Shown here: positions 24,771-37,100 of the stretch, piece by piece
Position numbering within the stretch: position 1 is the first letter of the stretch
Layout: each line of letters opens with the position of its first letter
Assembly: GCA_030295235.1 (NCBI GenBank)
Contig: AP026137.1
Coordinates: forward strand, 620,001-684,000
DNA length: 64,000 nucleotides
Direction: 5' to 3'
DNA from: Fistulifera solaris
Taxonomy: Eukaryota
Notes under the pieces: model-generated
The model's input: the letters and a program-made list of their open reading frames with translations, nothing else
Told to the model about the DNA's origin: nothing
The model's database searches: none
Position numbers and translations under genes: made by a program

Positions 24771-25108
24771 CAAAGATTTTTTTAAAGAAGCTTTTTACGT
24801 TCTTTTGCAACAGGTAGTCTATCTAAACAAGTTGCTTTCTGTTATATTTTATTGTTCGATAGAGGACGATGTGAATTGGTTCTTGTTCTCAAAATAAATT
24901 TTGGATTTTGATGAGAGCAACCTTTTTCGGATTTCTTGCCCTCCCTACCCTTGTACAACGGACACGCTATTGCTGTGCGAACCGGTACTCAATAAACAAT
25001 GCCAAACAAATCATTTGAAAAGTTACCATGGCAATCTATCCTTGTTTCATTGTAATTCATTGAGACCCCTTCACCTCCCTTTACTATTTTATGAACAATG
25101 AGAATACC

Positions 25109-26425
25109 ATGAAAAGACTGGCTTTATAAGCAAGCTGCTTTTGTGCGCCATCTTCCTCTCCGTTCCCTTTCTCTTTAGCAATTTTCGATTTCATTCGCAA
25201 TACGTCATTGTCACACGATCGCAGTTCGGTCCTTTCGAAGATGGAGTCTTCTCCGCGGATTCCTTTTCCCCTCGGGTTATTTTTGAATAGCAGTAGTAAT
25301 CAGAGCACTACCTGGTCACTCAAGCCTCCTCCGTATACGCAACAAGAATCTTTTGCGGCATGTATTCTCGTGCTGGACCAGAATCATCGTTTGACCGAAT
25401 GGATTGCCTATCACTATTTTGCTCTACCTTTGCGAACGTTGATCATTGCGTACGATCCGAAAACAACTGATCGTGCGACTCCACTCTTGGAGCGATGGAA
25501 AGATGTCATTGAAATCATCGAATGGGAAGATAAAGACTATTTGCCTCCGCAGTGGACGAAACGCGTGCAACCCGGAATTCACGGCACCAAGAATTTGCCG
25601 CCCGATGTGGCTCTCCCGGTAGCCATTCATCGGCAAAGACAAATTTCTTTCATGCACAAATGTACGCAAGCGGTAGCGGCGAAGAACGTTGCGCGTGTGA
25701 TACATCATGATGTCGATGAGTATTTTCGTGTCAATACGAATGTTGTATCGCAAGATCTTGTCAACACGGCCGAACCAGGACACATTACTCAATTCTTGAA
25801 TCGACTGGAACAAGCGAAAAGTACCTTATTTCCTTCCGCCAAGGGGATTGCTTACGGGACAAGTTGTTCGGTATTTCCTCGGCTTCAATATACACCCATA
25901 GCGGAAGAAACGAACCGCGCAAAGAGCAACCGAACGCATCCAATCGATCCGTATTACTTCGATACCTTACGGTATCCATATCGGAATAGTGCCGAGATCA
26001 TGGAAGGCAAAGGCATCATCAATATGAAACTCATTCCTCCCCGGGCGCTCAAAGACAAAACCACCATTCAATACCGCGTCCACAAACCGCTAAATCGATT
26101 GTGCAAGGAATCGACCCCCAACTCCACACTGTTTGTATTCAATCATTATATGGGTAGTTTCGAATCCTTCTTGTACAGTGCCCGCAATGATCCTCGGAAT
26201 GAACCGACCCGCGCGAAGTGGGAAGAACGCGTCCAGGCGGGAGGAGGCATGGGAAAAGCACGGACGGCGTGGCAACAAGATCCGCCGTTGCTCGATGATG
26301 CCATCACAAACTGGGTCCCGGCCTTTGTGGAATGGCAATCGGAAGAGGTAGCTAGCTGGTTACTACGGGATACTGGACTGAGAGCCGTGGATTGGCAACC
26401 GCCGCCGGTAAATTCTGTACAATAG
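25109..26425 (+). CDS. GT-A fold glycosyltransferase-like protein (GT92/GT2-like, diatom-expanded); 5' end uncertain
   Basis: FAACILVLDQNHRLTEWIAYHY, DxD-type HHDVDEY, NHYMGSFESF...RNDPR. A hydrophobic anchor-like stretch lies out of frame at ~25125-25190. Confidence 0.65.
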
Positions 26426-26518
26426 TGTTTCACAATTAGTAATACAATGGTAGTTAATGCTTTACATGGTACAGGTGATACGTTTCTCTTCGGCTGAGAT
26501 ATGCAAGCGCATGTCTTG

Positions 26519-27912
26519 CTAGGATACAGCAAAAAGGGCTTCAAAAGCCTCTGGTTTTATTCTATGCTCGGCTTGCACCCATTCCAGTGCTTGTTCCAGT
26601 CCCCGGACCAGTTGATAGGCGGATGGGCGATCTTTCGGGTGGAAACGGAAACACGCCACGGTAGCGTAATACAATGCTTGATTCGCAGGTTTGGTAGAAT
26701 TAGAATACTTTTCCGGCATGGACGGTAATATACCTAACGGCCAATGGTATGAGACAATTGCTGCGTCGAAGATCCGACCACGTAAATCACAACGTTCAAC
26801 TCACCTTGCTCTTTCTTGGCTTTGACTTCCTCCGCTGTTAGCATACCGTTGGGCTCTAAATGAGTCCACGGTTGACGCTTCGTCAAAACTTGAAACAGTA
26901 GATTTCCTAGACCGTAGACGTCCGTCTTCGTGGCATCGACATAACTAACTTCTTCACTATGGTCTTGAGCATTTTCCTCGGGGCTCTTCCAAAACGGTGC
27001 TTGAAATCGTACAGGGATGCCACATGGTTTCGTCTTGTTCCACCTCAAAAGCTGCGCAATATTAAAGTCATTTAGCTTAATCTTGCCGTTGACTTCAATA
27101 GCATTTGCCATATTAATATCATTGTGAGCCAACGTCGCGTTCGTAGAGTTGGGATAATCGATCGAATGGAGTGCTAACAAGGCACGCGCCAGATCCAGAC
27201 CTAGTTCCAAACGTTCACGACTTCTCCAGCGTTCGTCTTTTACGTAGTCTCGAGCGGAACCGGTGGCCCACTCGGTAATTGCCGATTCTCCGCAGAACTG
27301 AAAGACATTGACGATGTAGGGACTTGAAGTCAGTCGCTCCATCACCATGGCATCAATTCGGTGGTAGTTCAGTGATTCATGATCAAACTCGTGTGATAGT
27401 TGCAGAAGTTTCACGGCAACAGTCTCATTGTTGTGCTGATATTTCCAAACACTGCGCCAATTCCCGTGCAAACTAACGAGGGCAAAGTCATCGTCATTGC
27501 CCGCAATGTTCAGCTCGTGTAAGGCCAGACAGGTGGGATAGTAAGCGGATTGCCAATCTGCCATTTGCGTACACTCTTCATAATAAGGTTTCTCGACATC
27601 CCGAATGTAATCAAATGGTTCTCTCTCACAATAAGGACAAGGTCCTCCCAACGGCTCAACGCTTCTAGCTTTGTGTTTCCTGGAAGACAATTCTTCCTCT
27701 AAAAATACCATGCGTTGATCTCCCGGAGAATCTGGATGCTTTGTCTCCGAAAAGAATGCCAAGTCATTGTATCCACTCAAACCGGAAGTTTGAAAGGACG
27801 TCAACAGTTCAAATAACAAGAACGCCAATGCCGACAGCAACGTTAACGCTCGTGCGTAGCTCATTCCGCGGTGGTGTCGATGACGCAAGGTCCTTCTCAC
27901 TGCGGCTGTCAT
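26519..27912 (-). CDS. Atypical protein kinase with N-terminal TM anchor; intron 26734-26804
   Basis: HGNWRSVW, VAVKLL, HNDINMAN, KLNDFN, WKSPEE, DVYGLG and CFRFHPKDRPSA. The GT-AG intron joins the last exon in frame. Confidence 0.85.
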
Positions 27913-28449
27913 ATTCTTTGGCTGACTTGGGAAACAAAATCATGCATGTTCCTCACTTTGATGGAAAGAAGAATCTTCGTTAGGGCAAAAAATGAACATT
28001 GTTGACTTTTTCGAACAAAACAAACGCACTTGCACGGTGCGACGAATGAATAACGCATGCGAGGAGGCAATGAATGAATCTTCATGATTGACGGACAGAC
28101 CCACCTGATGTCATACAGGTACCGGTAGTCGGTTTACCGTAAGGTTAGCGTCAAAGTGTTAGTTCAAGAGCTGCACGACTGATTGGATGTCAGTCATGAA
28201 ACATTACCTATAGTGAAATAGTACTCTTGACCAGTATTTCCACATACGCTGCAAAACGCCATTGTCGTTCTGAAAGTACAAGTGCGACACGCTTCTTCGC
28301 GAGAACGTGTAACGGATTTTGCGGTTTCGGTTTCGATTTCCTTCCATCGATCATTTTTTGGGTATTTTCCGTGTTGCTTTGAATCATCATCGTTTGTTCT
28401 CTCGATAACATCAAATAATAAATTAAGGAATGAACCAGTGTAGTCAGTC

Positions 28450-29960
28450 ATGGTCTCCATTAACAAAAATGAGCAGCGGGAGACTTCCGATTACGTCAAT
28501 ATCGAGGCCGCTGTGTGGAGAGAGAGCGACGAGAGCGAAGACGATTTCAGTCTCGCACCCAGCATTGTTTCCGTCCTATCCACCGATGGAATCTACGACA
28601 CGACGGGATTTATTTGTATTTGTTTTGTGACTTTCATCGGTGATATGACGCGGGGTGTTTTCTTTCCGTCTCTCTGGTTGTTTGTCGAGCATTTGGGAGG
28701 CTCGACTGTCACGCTGGGTTATGCGGTGGCGGCATTTTCATTTGGGCGTATTTTGGTGAATCCGTTGTTTGGGAGCTGGTCTCAAACGATAGGGTACAAG
28801 AAGACGCTTTTGATTGCGTGTCTCATACTGTTACTAGGGACTGTATTATACGCAGCTACCTTCATCGTGGGAGAACCTACATTTCTGATATTTGCTCAAA
28901 CCGTCTTGGGCATCGGTTCGGGGACATTGGGAGTTACTCGGGCCTTTTTGGCAGAAATCACTCCTCAACGCAATCGCACCACTTACATGGCTTGGCTTAC
29001 TGCGACGCAATACGCAGGCTTTGCTGTCACACCCATTGCTGGTGCCTTTTTCAACTATCTGTTCCGCGACGCCACGGGGTTTCTCAACATGTACACAGCG
29101 CCGGCCTTTTTCATGGGGAGTATCGTTCTGGGGACGACATTGACTATAATACGCTTTTTTTGAAGGCAAGACGCACTCGGAACTGGTGCAACCGAAAGAC
29201 AGTATCAAGAAATCGAGACGAAAACAAGAACTGGAGCGCGTGGCCAGCGAAATCATTCCAGTAATCGGGTTGTCACTGTACAGTTGCTGCGTTGTGGGAT
29301 GTATGCTTCTGAATACAACCACCACAGGCTCTATTGCTTCGTTTGAGACACTAGGCATCAAAATTGCCGAGTCACATTTTGGGATGATGTCGACTCGCGC
29401 GGGTTTGTTTGTGGGCATTTGTGGATCGATTGGTGTTCTTAGTCTACTGAGCATTGGATACATCTCTCGGTTTATCTCCTCGGATGTTCATTTAATTATT
29501 GGTGGAGTTACGATCATGGCCTTTAGTTCTGCCGTGTTGATGACATTGGAAGAAAGTACTAACGAATATGTGGTGACAAATCCAACTTGGAAGTACTGTA
29601 CTTCCGTTTTTCTCATGTACGCCATCGGTTATCCACTGGGCCATACAGCCGTTATTGGTCTCTTTTCGAAAGGTACGACGATTCGCGATCTTTGTTCTTG
29701 TTCTATGGTTTGAAAATGACAAGCATTTTAATCTCACCGTTCGTTTTCTTGTAGTGGTAGGACGTCGGCCCCAAGGTACATTGCAGGGCTGGTACGCTTC
29801 GGCCGGATCCTTGGCACGAGTGGTATTCCCTCTTTTATCTGGATATATTATCAAGTTCAAGGATGTCGAAACTCTCTTTGGAATCATTACCTTTGTCTTG
29901 ATTCTTTCCGCTCTAACTGTTTTATACTTTCAAAGATCACTAACATTCCTGTCGTCATAA
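28450..29960 (+). CDS. MFS transporter (MFSD8-like); frameshift at T7 29155-29161; intron 29673-29754
   Basis: About 12 hydrophobic segments; GSWSQTIGYK motif-A-like; LFSKVVGRRPQGTLQGWYASAGSLARVVFP. Confidence 0.85.
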
Positions 29961-30279
29961 TTTGCACAATACGAAACGATCTCCGTTCACATAAATGAAT
30001 AATAAAGATACGCTTCTACGGTATAGGCAGGGAACTTAACATGTTTTCCGTAGACTAGCTTTTCTATTCGGTATTCGGCACTCGAGATGACAAAATGTGA
30101 ACAACTTTCAGGACTGTCGTAAAGGGTTTAGTCATCTTATTAGAATCAGCTCAAACAATAAAATATTGCCGACTTTAAATTGATAAATAAAAGTTATATC
30201 CACCATGATAAATAATTGTTTATAAAGGCATTGGTACTAGTCAATAGACCCGATAAATGATTCGTTCGAACGACGGAAT

Positions 30280-31850
30280 ATTTTGGGTTGCCCTGCATCG
30301 ATAAATTTCCTACGGCGGCTACGTGAATCAGACGTAGACTTTCGAAGAACTGCATAGTTCTTTTTTCTTTGTTCTGACATTCTAAGACTTTGATATTAGT
30401 TCACCGTGCGACTTCTAGCGCCGCCTTGAGAGTCTCGAGATCTCTAAAGTCTAGCTTACACATATAAAAAAAATTTACTACGGCGGCTACGTAGAGTGGG
30501 AGCGTTGTATTTTCCTACTGTTTCGTGTTTCACTGTCAACGCAAAGTCGATTATTGTTTCATGCTCGCATTAGCGATGTTGGGCAAAGCATTGTTGACAT
30601 TAATGTCCAAAAGACGCGTTTAACGGTGTGATCCAAATAACACAATATCCGGGTACCCCCTCTGTCGATAAATTTCCCTACGAGAGCTACGTGAAATTGC
30701 GTAGACATTCGAAGCGTGGCATCATTCGTTCCATCAACGTTCTGTTTTCAAATCGACGGCGAATATTGCTAAGTTATACAAATCAGACACGGTGGATAAG
30801 GAAGCGTTGACATTTGCGCACTGTAGATCGAAGAAATGGATGACGGCGTAAAAATGTAGTCTCCGGGTACCCCTGCAGAGATAAATTTCCTACGGCGGCT
30901 ACGTAAAATACGCGTAGACACTAGACGCGTTGTATGTTGTATCTTTGTACTGTTTCATGTTTCACTGTCAAATCAAAGTCGATTATTGTTTCATGGCTCG
31001 CATTAGCGATGTTGGGCAAAGCATTGTTGACATTAATGTCCAAAAGACGCGTTTAACGGTGTGATCCAAATAACACAATATCCGGGTACCCCCTCTGTCG
31101 ATAAATTTCCCTACGAGAGCTACGTGAAATTGCGTAGACATTCGAAGCGTTGCATCATTCGTTCCGTCAGCGTTTTGTTTTCAAATCGATGACGAATATT
31201 GCTAAGCGATACGAAGCCAATATGGTGCGCAACGCAGCGTTGACATCTGTGCACTGGGCTCACTGCTAACATGCGTGACCTGGCAACGGTTCGATGTTCA
31301 ATGGATTTCATCCATCGTACACTGTACACTGTACTGGGTTAGTTGTGTTTCTCTAACTTGTATTAGGGATTCGGTTCTCTTGTAGGGATAGGACGTAAGC
31401 ATAGTAAATTCTGGCCATTACTTGTACTCTCTATAGACTAGTCTACTTGATACATCTGATAAGAATTCAGCTAGACTACTCGTCTCCTGCATCGACGTTT
31501 TGAGATTGAAGCTGGTGGCGCAAGCCACCAATGAGCGGCGCTAGCCGCCGACTTGAGAGTCTCGAGATCTCTAAAGTCTAGAGCTTACACATATAAAAAA
31601 AAATTTACCACGGCGTCTACGTAGAGTGGGAGCGTTGTATTTTCCTACTGTTTCGTGTTTCACTGTCAACGCAAAGTCGATTACTGTTCCTCGGCTTGCT
31701 TTAGCGATGTTGGGCAAAGCATTGTTGACATTGGTGTCCAAAAGACGCGGAAAGTGGTGTGATCGAATTACACAATATTCGGGTTTCCCTCTTTCGATAA
31801 ATTTCCCTACGAGAGCTACGTAAAAATACGTAGACATTCGTATCGCGTCA
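30280..31850. repeat. Complex tandem repeat (satellite family 2): ~195-220-bp units with A/B interiors and a conserved palindromic core
   Basis: Core (G)ATAAATTTCC(C)TACGRSRGCTACGT at ~30300, 30473 (partial), 30667, 30880, 31100, 31602 (partial) and 31796. Blocks 30415-30720 ~ 31541-31850 and 30518-30823 ~ 30948-31256. Confidence 0.9.
31257..31548. mobile_element. Unique ~290-bp insert interrupting satellite 2 and ending in GC-rich hairpins (possible non-autonomous element)
   Basis: Satellite homology stops at 31256 and resumes at ~31541. TGGTGGC-GCAA-GCCACCA hairpin at 31513-31530 lies 10 nt before CTAG. Internal segment 31372-31422 resembles 44416-44466. Confidence 0.35.
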
Positions 31851-32222
31851 CAACGTTCATTCAACTTTTACGCCTCACAGGCGCCGCCAACAATCTAATT
31901 GCTGGGCTGCTCACTTTAGACTATCCTACCGCAAATGGTTTCGAGGTATAAGATGCGGAAGGGGGTGTTTTCTTCTCCATTTCTCGATTAATTTCTCGAT
32001 TAAGGCTGTAGGTATATCCGTCATGCACGCGACAGCAACATTATTTTGTATGAAGCAGAATGTAGACTACACAGCCACGTACGCAGGCCGCAGGCCGTCC
32101 AAGATTTTCGTCACCGTTCATCCTCCACCGCAATTTCTGCGCTCGTTTCTCTTTTTCATCGGAGACACATTCGTTTGATTGAATAACAATAAATATTATT
32201 ATTCATTCAAAGAATAAGAACC

Positions 32223-33573
32223 ATGAGACTTGTAGCCGCTCTTCTAACACTTGCTTCGGCATCTGCGTTCACTTTGTCACCGATGGGTCGCTCTGCTATG
32301 ACCCAAAAGGTTTCTTCTACTCACTTGTATGTTGCCAGGTATGTCATCGACGTCGTAGCAGTTGCCTTTGCGTTTTAAATCAGCGATTTCTTAATAAAAT
32401 CTGGATTATTTACTTTAGTGAGACCCACACAATCAAGCAGGTTCCGCATGGCGGTGTTTTGGTTGACTTGATGGTCAAGGATGAAGCCGCGAAAAAGGCT
32501 GCTCTTGATAAGGCGACGGTCGAGCTGCAAGCCACTGAACGTCAGTTGTGCGATGTTGAGCTCATCATGAACGGGGGATTCTCTCCTTTGACTGGTTTCA
32601 TGAACGAGCAGGAATACAAAAGTGTTGTAGAGAACATGGAGATGCCTGACGGAACTATTTTCGGACTTCCCGTTGTTTTCGACACCAACGACGAAAACTT
32701 GATGCCTGGAACGACCATTGTGCTGAAACAGGGCGACCTCCCCATTGCCACTGTCGAACTGACCGACAAATATGTCCCGGACAAGCCGTTGGAGTGCTTG
32801 AAGTGCTACGGAACTTCAGCCATCGAACACCCTGGCGCACTCATGGTCGCGACAGAACGAGGCCGATACTACATGGGTGGAAAGGTTACCGGCCTCAACC
32901 TTCCCGTTCGTGAATTTCCCTGCAAAACTCCCCAGGAAGTCCGTGCCGAGCTTCCCGCTGACAAGGATGTTGTCGCCTTCCAGTGCCGCAACCCTGTTCA
33001 CCGTGCTCACTACGAATTGTTCACGCGGGCGCTCGACGATCCGTTGGTCGGCGAAGGCGGTATCGTCTTGGTGCACCCCACTTGCGGTCCCACCCAGGCA
33101 GACGATATTCCCGGAACCGTCCGTTACAAGACGTACGAAGTTTTGAAAGAAGAAACGGCCAACCCCGCGTCTTTTGGGAATATTTGCCCTACTCCATGCA
33201 CATGGCGGGTCCCCGTGAGGCAATTCAGCACATGATCATCCGCAAGAACTTTGGATGCACTCATTTCATCATTGGACGTGACATGGCCGGAAGCAAGAGC
33301 AGTGTCACTGGAGAGGACTTTTACGGTGCCTATGATGCCCAAGATTTCGCCACCGCCAATGCCGAAAAGTTGGGTGTCACCCCTGTTCCATCTCTCAACT
33401 TGGTCTACACCGAAGAGGAAGGTTACACTACCGCTGATTACGCCAAGGAGAAGGGATTGCATGAGAAGAAGTTAAGTGGAACCAAGTTCCGCCAGATGTT
33501 GCGAGGTGGAGAGGATATTCCCGAATGGTTTGCCTTCAAGAGCGTGGTGAAGGTTTTGCGTGAAAACGCCTAA
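32223..33573 (+). CDS. sat: Plastid-targeted ATP sulfurylase (sulfate adenylyltransferase); intron 32339-32418; frameshift at C4 33163-33166
   Basis: Bipartite peptide MRLVAALLTLASASA|FTLSP; PHGGVLVDL, GGFSPLTGFM, AFQCRNPVHRAH, MHMAGPREA, RKNFGCTHFIIGRDMAG. Confidence 0.95.
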
Positions 33574-34113
33574 GTTGTTGGGGTGGTTTCATAGCTATGA
33601 ATAACGTAAATTCACTTTGTTTGTTGAAGTAGAAGACATAAATTATGAGGTGAAGTAGGCGCTCACTAATTACTCTGGCTAGAGTCGACTTTAACACATC
33701 GACGTCAGCGAAACGAATGAAGCAACCGAAAAAGTTTTGTCGAGGAGCAAATTGGACTTTTTGCAGTATAGGACAAAGTGTATCTTGTTTCCTATGTCCA
33801 ATTTGAGGTTCAAAGACACTTTCGGAGAAAGACTATAAATTAGAATGTAGAAAGGTCATAGTGATGATGAACCTTGGTACATTTCGTATGAGATGCCATT
33901 TCCGATCGGCATAATCGGGCACTGAATGACCGGCGAATCTGGTGGGAGAAATAAGTCATCGGGGTCGGGGCACTTTAGCAAAAAGCAAAATCTCCGAAGC
34001 CGACTTTGTAGGATGCACTGCAACAACAAGAAGAAAAATATCACCCATTGCATCCTTTACTTCGTTTCCGGTGATCAGTGCACAACTTTAGCTGCTGCAA
34101 TAGGCATTATATC

Positions 34114-37100
34114 ATGGCAGGCAGTCCTCATGACTACGACGAGGATGGCAATCTCAAACTGCCGGCCTACTATGGAAAAAGCAATCTCGCGATGTTGTTT
34201 GTGTTCATGCTGATGGCTGCCATGGGAACAAGTATGCGCTTAGCCAAGCGAGACTACAATCGATCAACAGAAGGGAATTGGATATTAGCTGGAGCTTTAA
34301 CTTCGCAAAGTGTCCAATTTAAAGTGCGCTTGAATGGAAACTATGGGCAGCGATTCCTGGTTTCCAAGGAACCCATCGAGGAATATCAGGAGGGTTCGCC
34401 TTCATATTTAATGGATGCTCCCTTGGAGAGCTTATTTACTCAACCGGACCCATCACAAGATTTTCTTTTGTACGGCTTAGAGCCTTCCCGAAAGTACTAC
34501 TACGCACGAGTAGCACCAACCTTTGATTTGCTTCATCAGGGCTCTGTGCAAACGGCTCCACCGGACAATGTTCGATCGAATTTTACGTTTGTAACCACGG
34601 GAAGCGCATTCACAGGTTCGCAGAATCCAGTCTTCGAGGAGATGGCGAAGGAAAATCCCTTGTTCTTTTTGCAGCTAGGCAACTTGCACTATGGAGACGT
34701 CAACGGTGACTTGGAGACGCGCATGAAATTTCTGGATCAAGTCATGGGAAGTACAACACAACAGCAGCTTTACACTCAAGCGGCTTTTAGCTACATGTGG
34801 AATGATCGTGATTATCTGGGTGACAACACACTTGGTGATGAGCCCGGACGAGAGGCCGCGCTCGAAAGTTACAAATTTGCCATTCCCTCCCATCAACCAC
34901 CAGAAGCTCCCCTTTATCAAGCTTACACGATCGGAACAGTGCGATTCATCATATCTGACTTGCGTTCGGAAGTTACTGCAGATAGCATCATGTCAGATAC
35001 GCAGCGGGAGTGGTTGAAAACAGAGCTATCGAAGGCGGAAGATTATGACTTTGTGATTTGGGTGACGCCGTCTACATGGATGGGTGATGTTGATTTGACG
35101 CAGAACGACTGGACAGGACGCCCGGCGGATCGTGTAGAATTTTCGAAGTTCATCTCAGCATTACCCAGCCAAAATATTCTTGCTTTGTCGGCTGGTACGG
35201 AGATGTTCGCCTTCGACGACGGCTCTCATACTGCGCAAGGGAATTTCAGCCAGGGTCAGACAGTAATGTCGTTTCCGCTTCTAATGTCTGGACCAGTAGA
35301 TCGATTGGGTCGAGTCGTCGACGCGCGCTACTCGGAGGGATGTTCAACCTGGCTTTATGAACGCAACCATATTTATAGTGTCATTGATTTCAGAGAAAAT
35401 GAAGAAACCTTCGAACCATGCCTTCGCGTTCGCTCCTACCGCGTGACAGACGTGATTGGTGCGAAAGAGCTTCTTCTGGAAAAAGAAATGTGCGGGACAA
35501 TATTTAGTCCATTAAATAAAGATCCGGAAAGTGGATCATGTCAAGCGGAAAGGTTTAGCTCAAATGTTGAGTTGATGGCTACCACTGCTGTGGGCTTACT
35601 CGCTGCGAATGTTGTTTTGGTGTTCTTTGTGGGAGACGGATTCATCGGTGGTATTATTATGATGATCATGACACTTCTTGGTGTAATTGCGACTAGTGCG
35701 ACAATGAGGTACCTGCCATCCTTCTCATACAATGTCGATCAGTATGAGGCTTTCGTTGTCGCCTTGATCCTGAACGTCCAGCTCGGTTTGGAACTATTGT
35801 TCCTTCTCTGCTGGGCGAAGTTTCACCACTTTATCCGTACTAGTGTCAGAAAGGAAAGGGATGCAGCGGAACCTAATGCTAAAAAACCGAACAACTGGGT
35901 AGAACCCGATGTGGAAAGCAACTACCAATCTGTCCAAAATACTGGAACGTATGATGCTGAGGATGATGACGAAGAGAACGACCAATTTCCTGAAGCTACT
36001 AATGTTTACATGATTCCAACACTCGCCAATTCTCCTGCTTCTAGCAGGTCAATGAAGTCAATGAGGTCAATCGGCAGTTTAACCTTGGAAAAATCTAAAT
36101 CCGTTCCGTCTCAATTGACTGAAAGACCGTCAAAACCGGAAGGAATTTCGGAATCTACTACAGAAGGAAGGTCAAATCTTACAGGAGCTTCGAACTCCTT
36201 TCATAAATCAAAGTCGGTCCCATCACGTATGACTGATGAGCGTCTTCAGCCAACCGAGACCGCCGCCGGAATGGGGTCTCATAGTCGTTCTGCTGATCAA
36301 TCCAGTGATTTCGGTGATACGCATCCATCACAACCTCCACAACGTTCACAACCAGCAACTTACTTACCCGAGAGCAACTTTTATCTCCGTCCTGCTTCAC
36401 GAAACCAGACAACAGCTCCTCGGCAGGAACATTCATCATCATTTACACGACGTGCTCGACCAATGGAGCCTACCACGACCAATTATGCACAGCCCTTCAC
36501 AAAGAGTCGGAAGAAGCGCGATTCATCCCTCTTGGCGCTTGCGGCTTTGATTCAGGAGAATGCGATGCGAACAAGTGATTCGCCACGAGGAAGAGATCCA
36601 GAGCCTTGTCAAGATGGTGCTCCGAGAGTTCCTTTGGGGCGTGGTCTGACAAGTCCTGGAGACGCCATGAGTGACGCCTCGTTCCAATCCACCTTTGAAA
36701 CTGAGGAGGAAAGCATGAGGAATGATGCTGTCGTTGATGCTACTTTTGACCCAGAGGCGGATGGACTAATTCAAAACGAGTCAGACGACGATCTTGAAAC
36801 GTCTTCCGACGATGACTTACCTTCTGTCACTACATCGGACGAAACATTTGACAAGAACTTCAAAGCGCAAAGTGGTGTGCATTTGGATCCTGATGAGGAT
36901 GGTTTAAGCGATGACGATGCTTCCGTGGAGAGTGCAGCTAGTAGTGTAGGGAGTTCTTCGGATCAAGATAATGCAACTACGAACAGTCGGCTCGATCCCG
37001 AAGAGAGTCTGATGTCACCAGAAGCCGAGAGCGAGTCCAGTGGTACCGAGAGTGTGTCTGAGGAGGCAAGCACGGCTATGGACACAATCAAAGGTCGTTT

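Noticed and set aside
1245..33573. Sulfur-metabolism cluster (sulfotransferase + ATP sulfurylase)
   Set aside because: The genes are 30 kb apart with unrelated genes between them and are predicted for different compartments.
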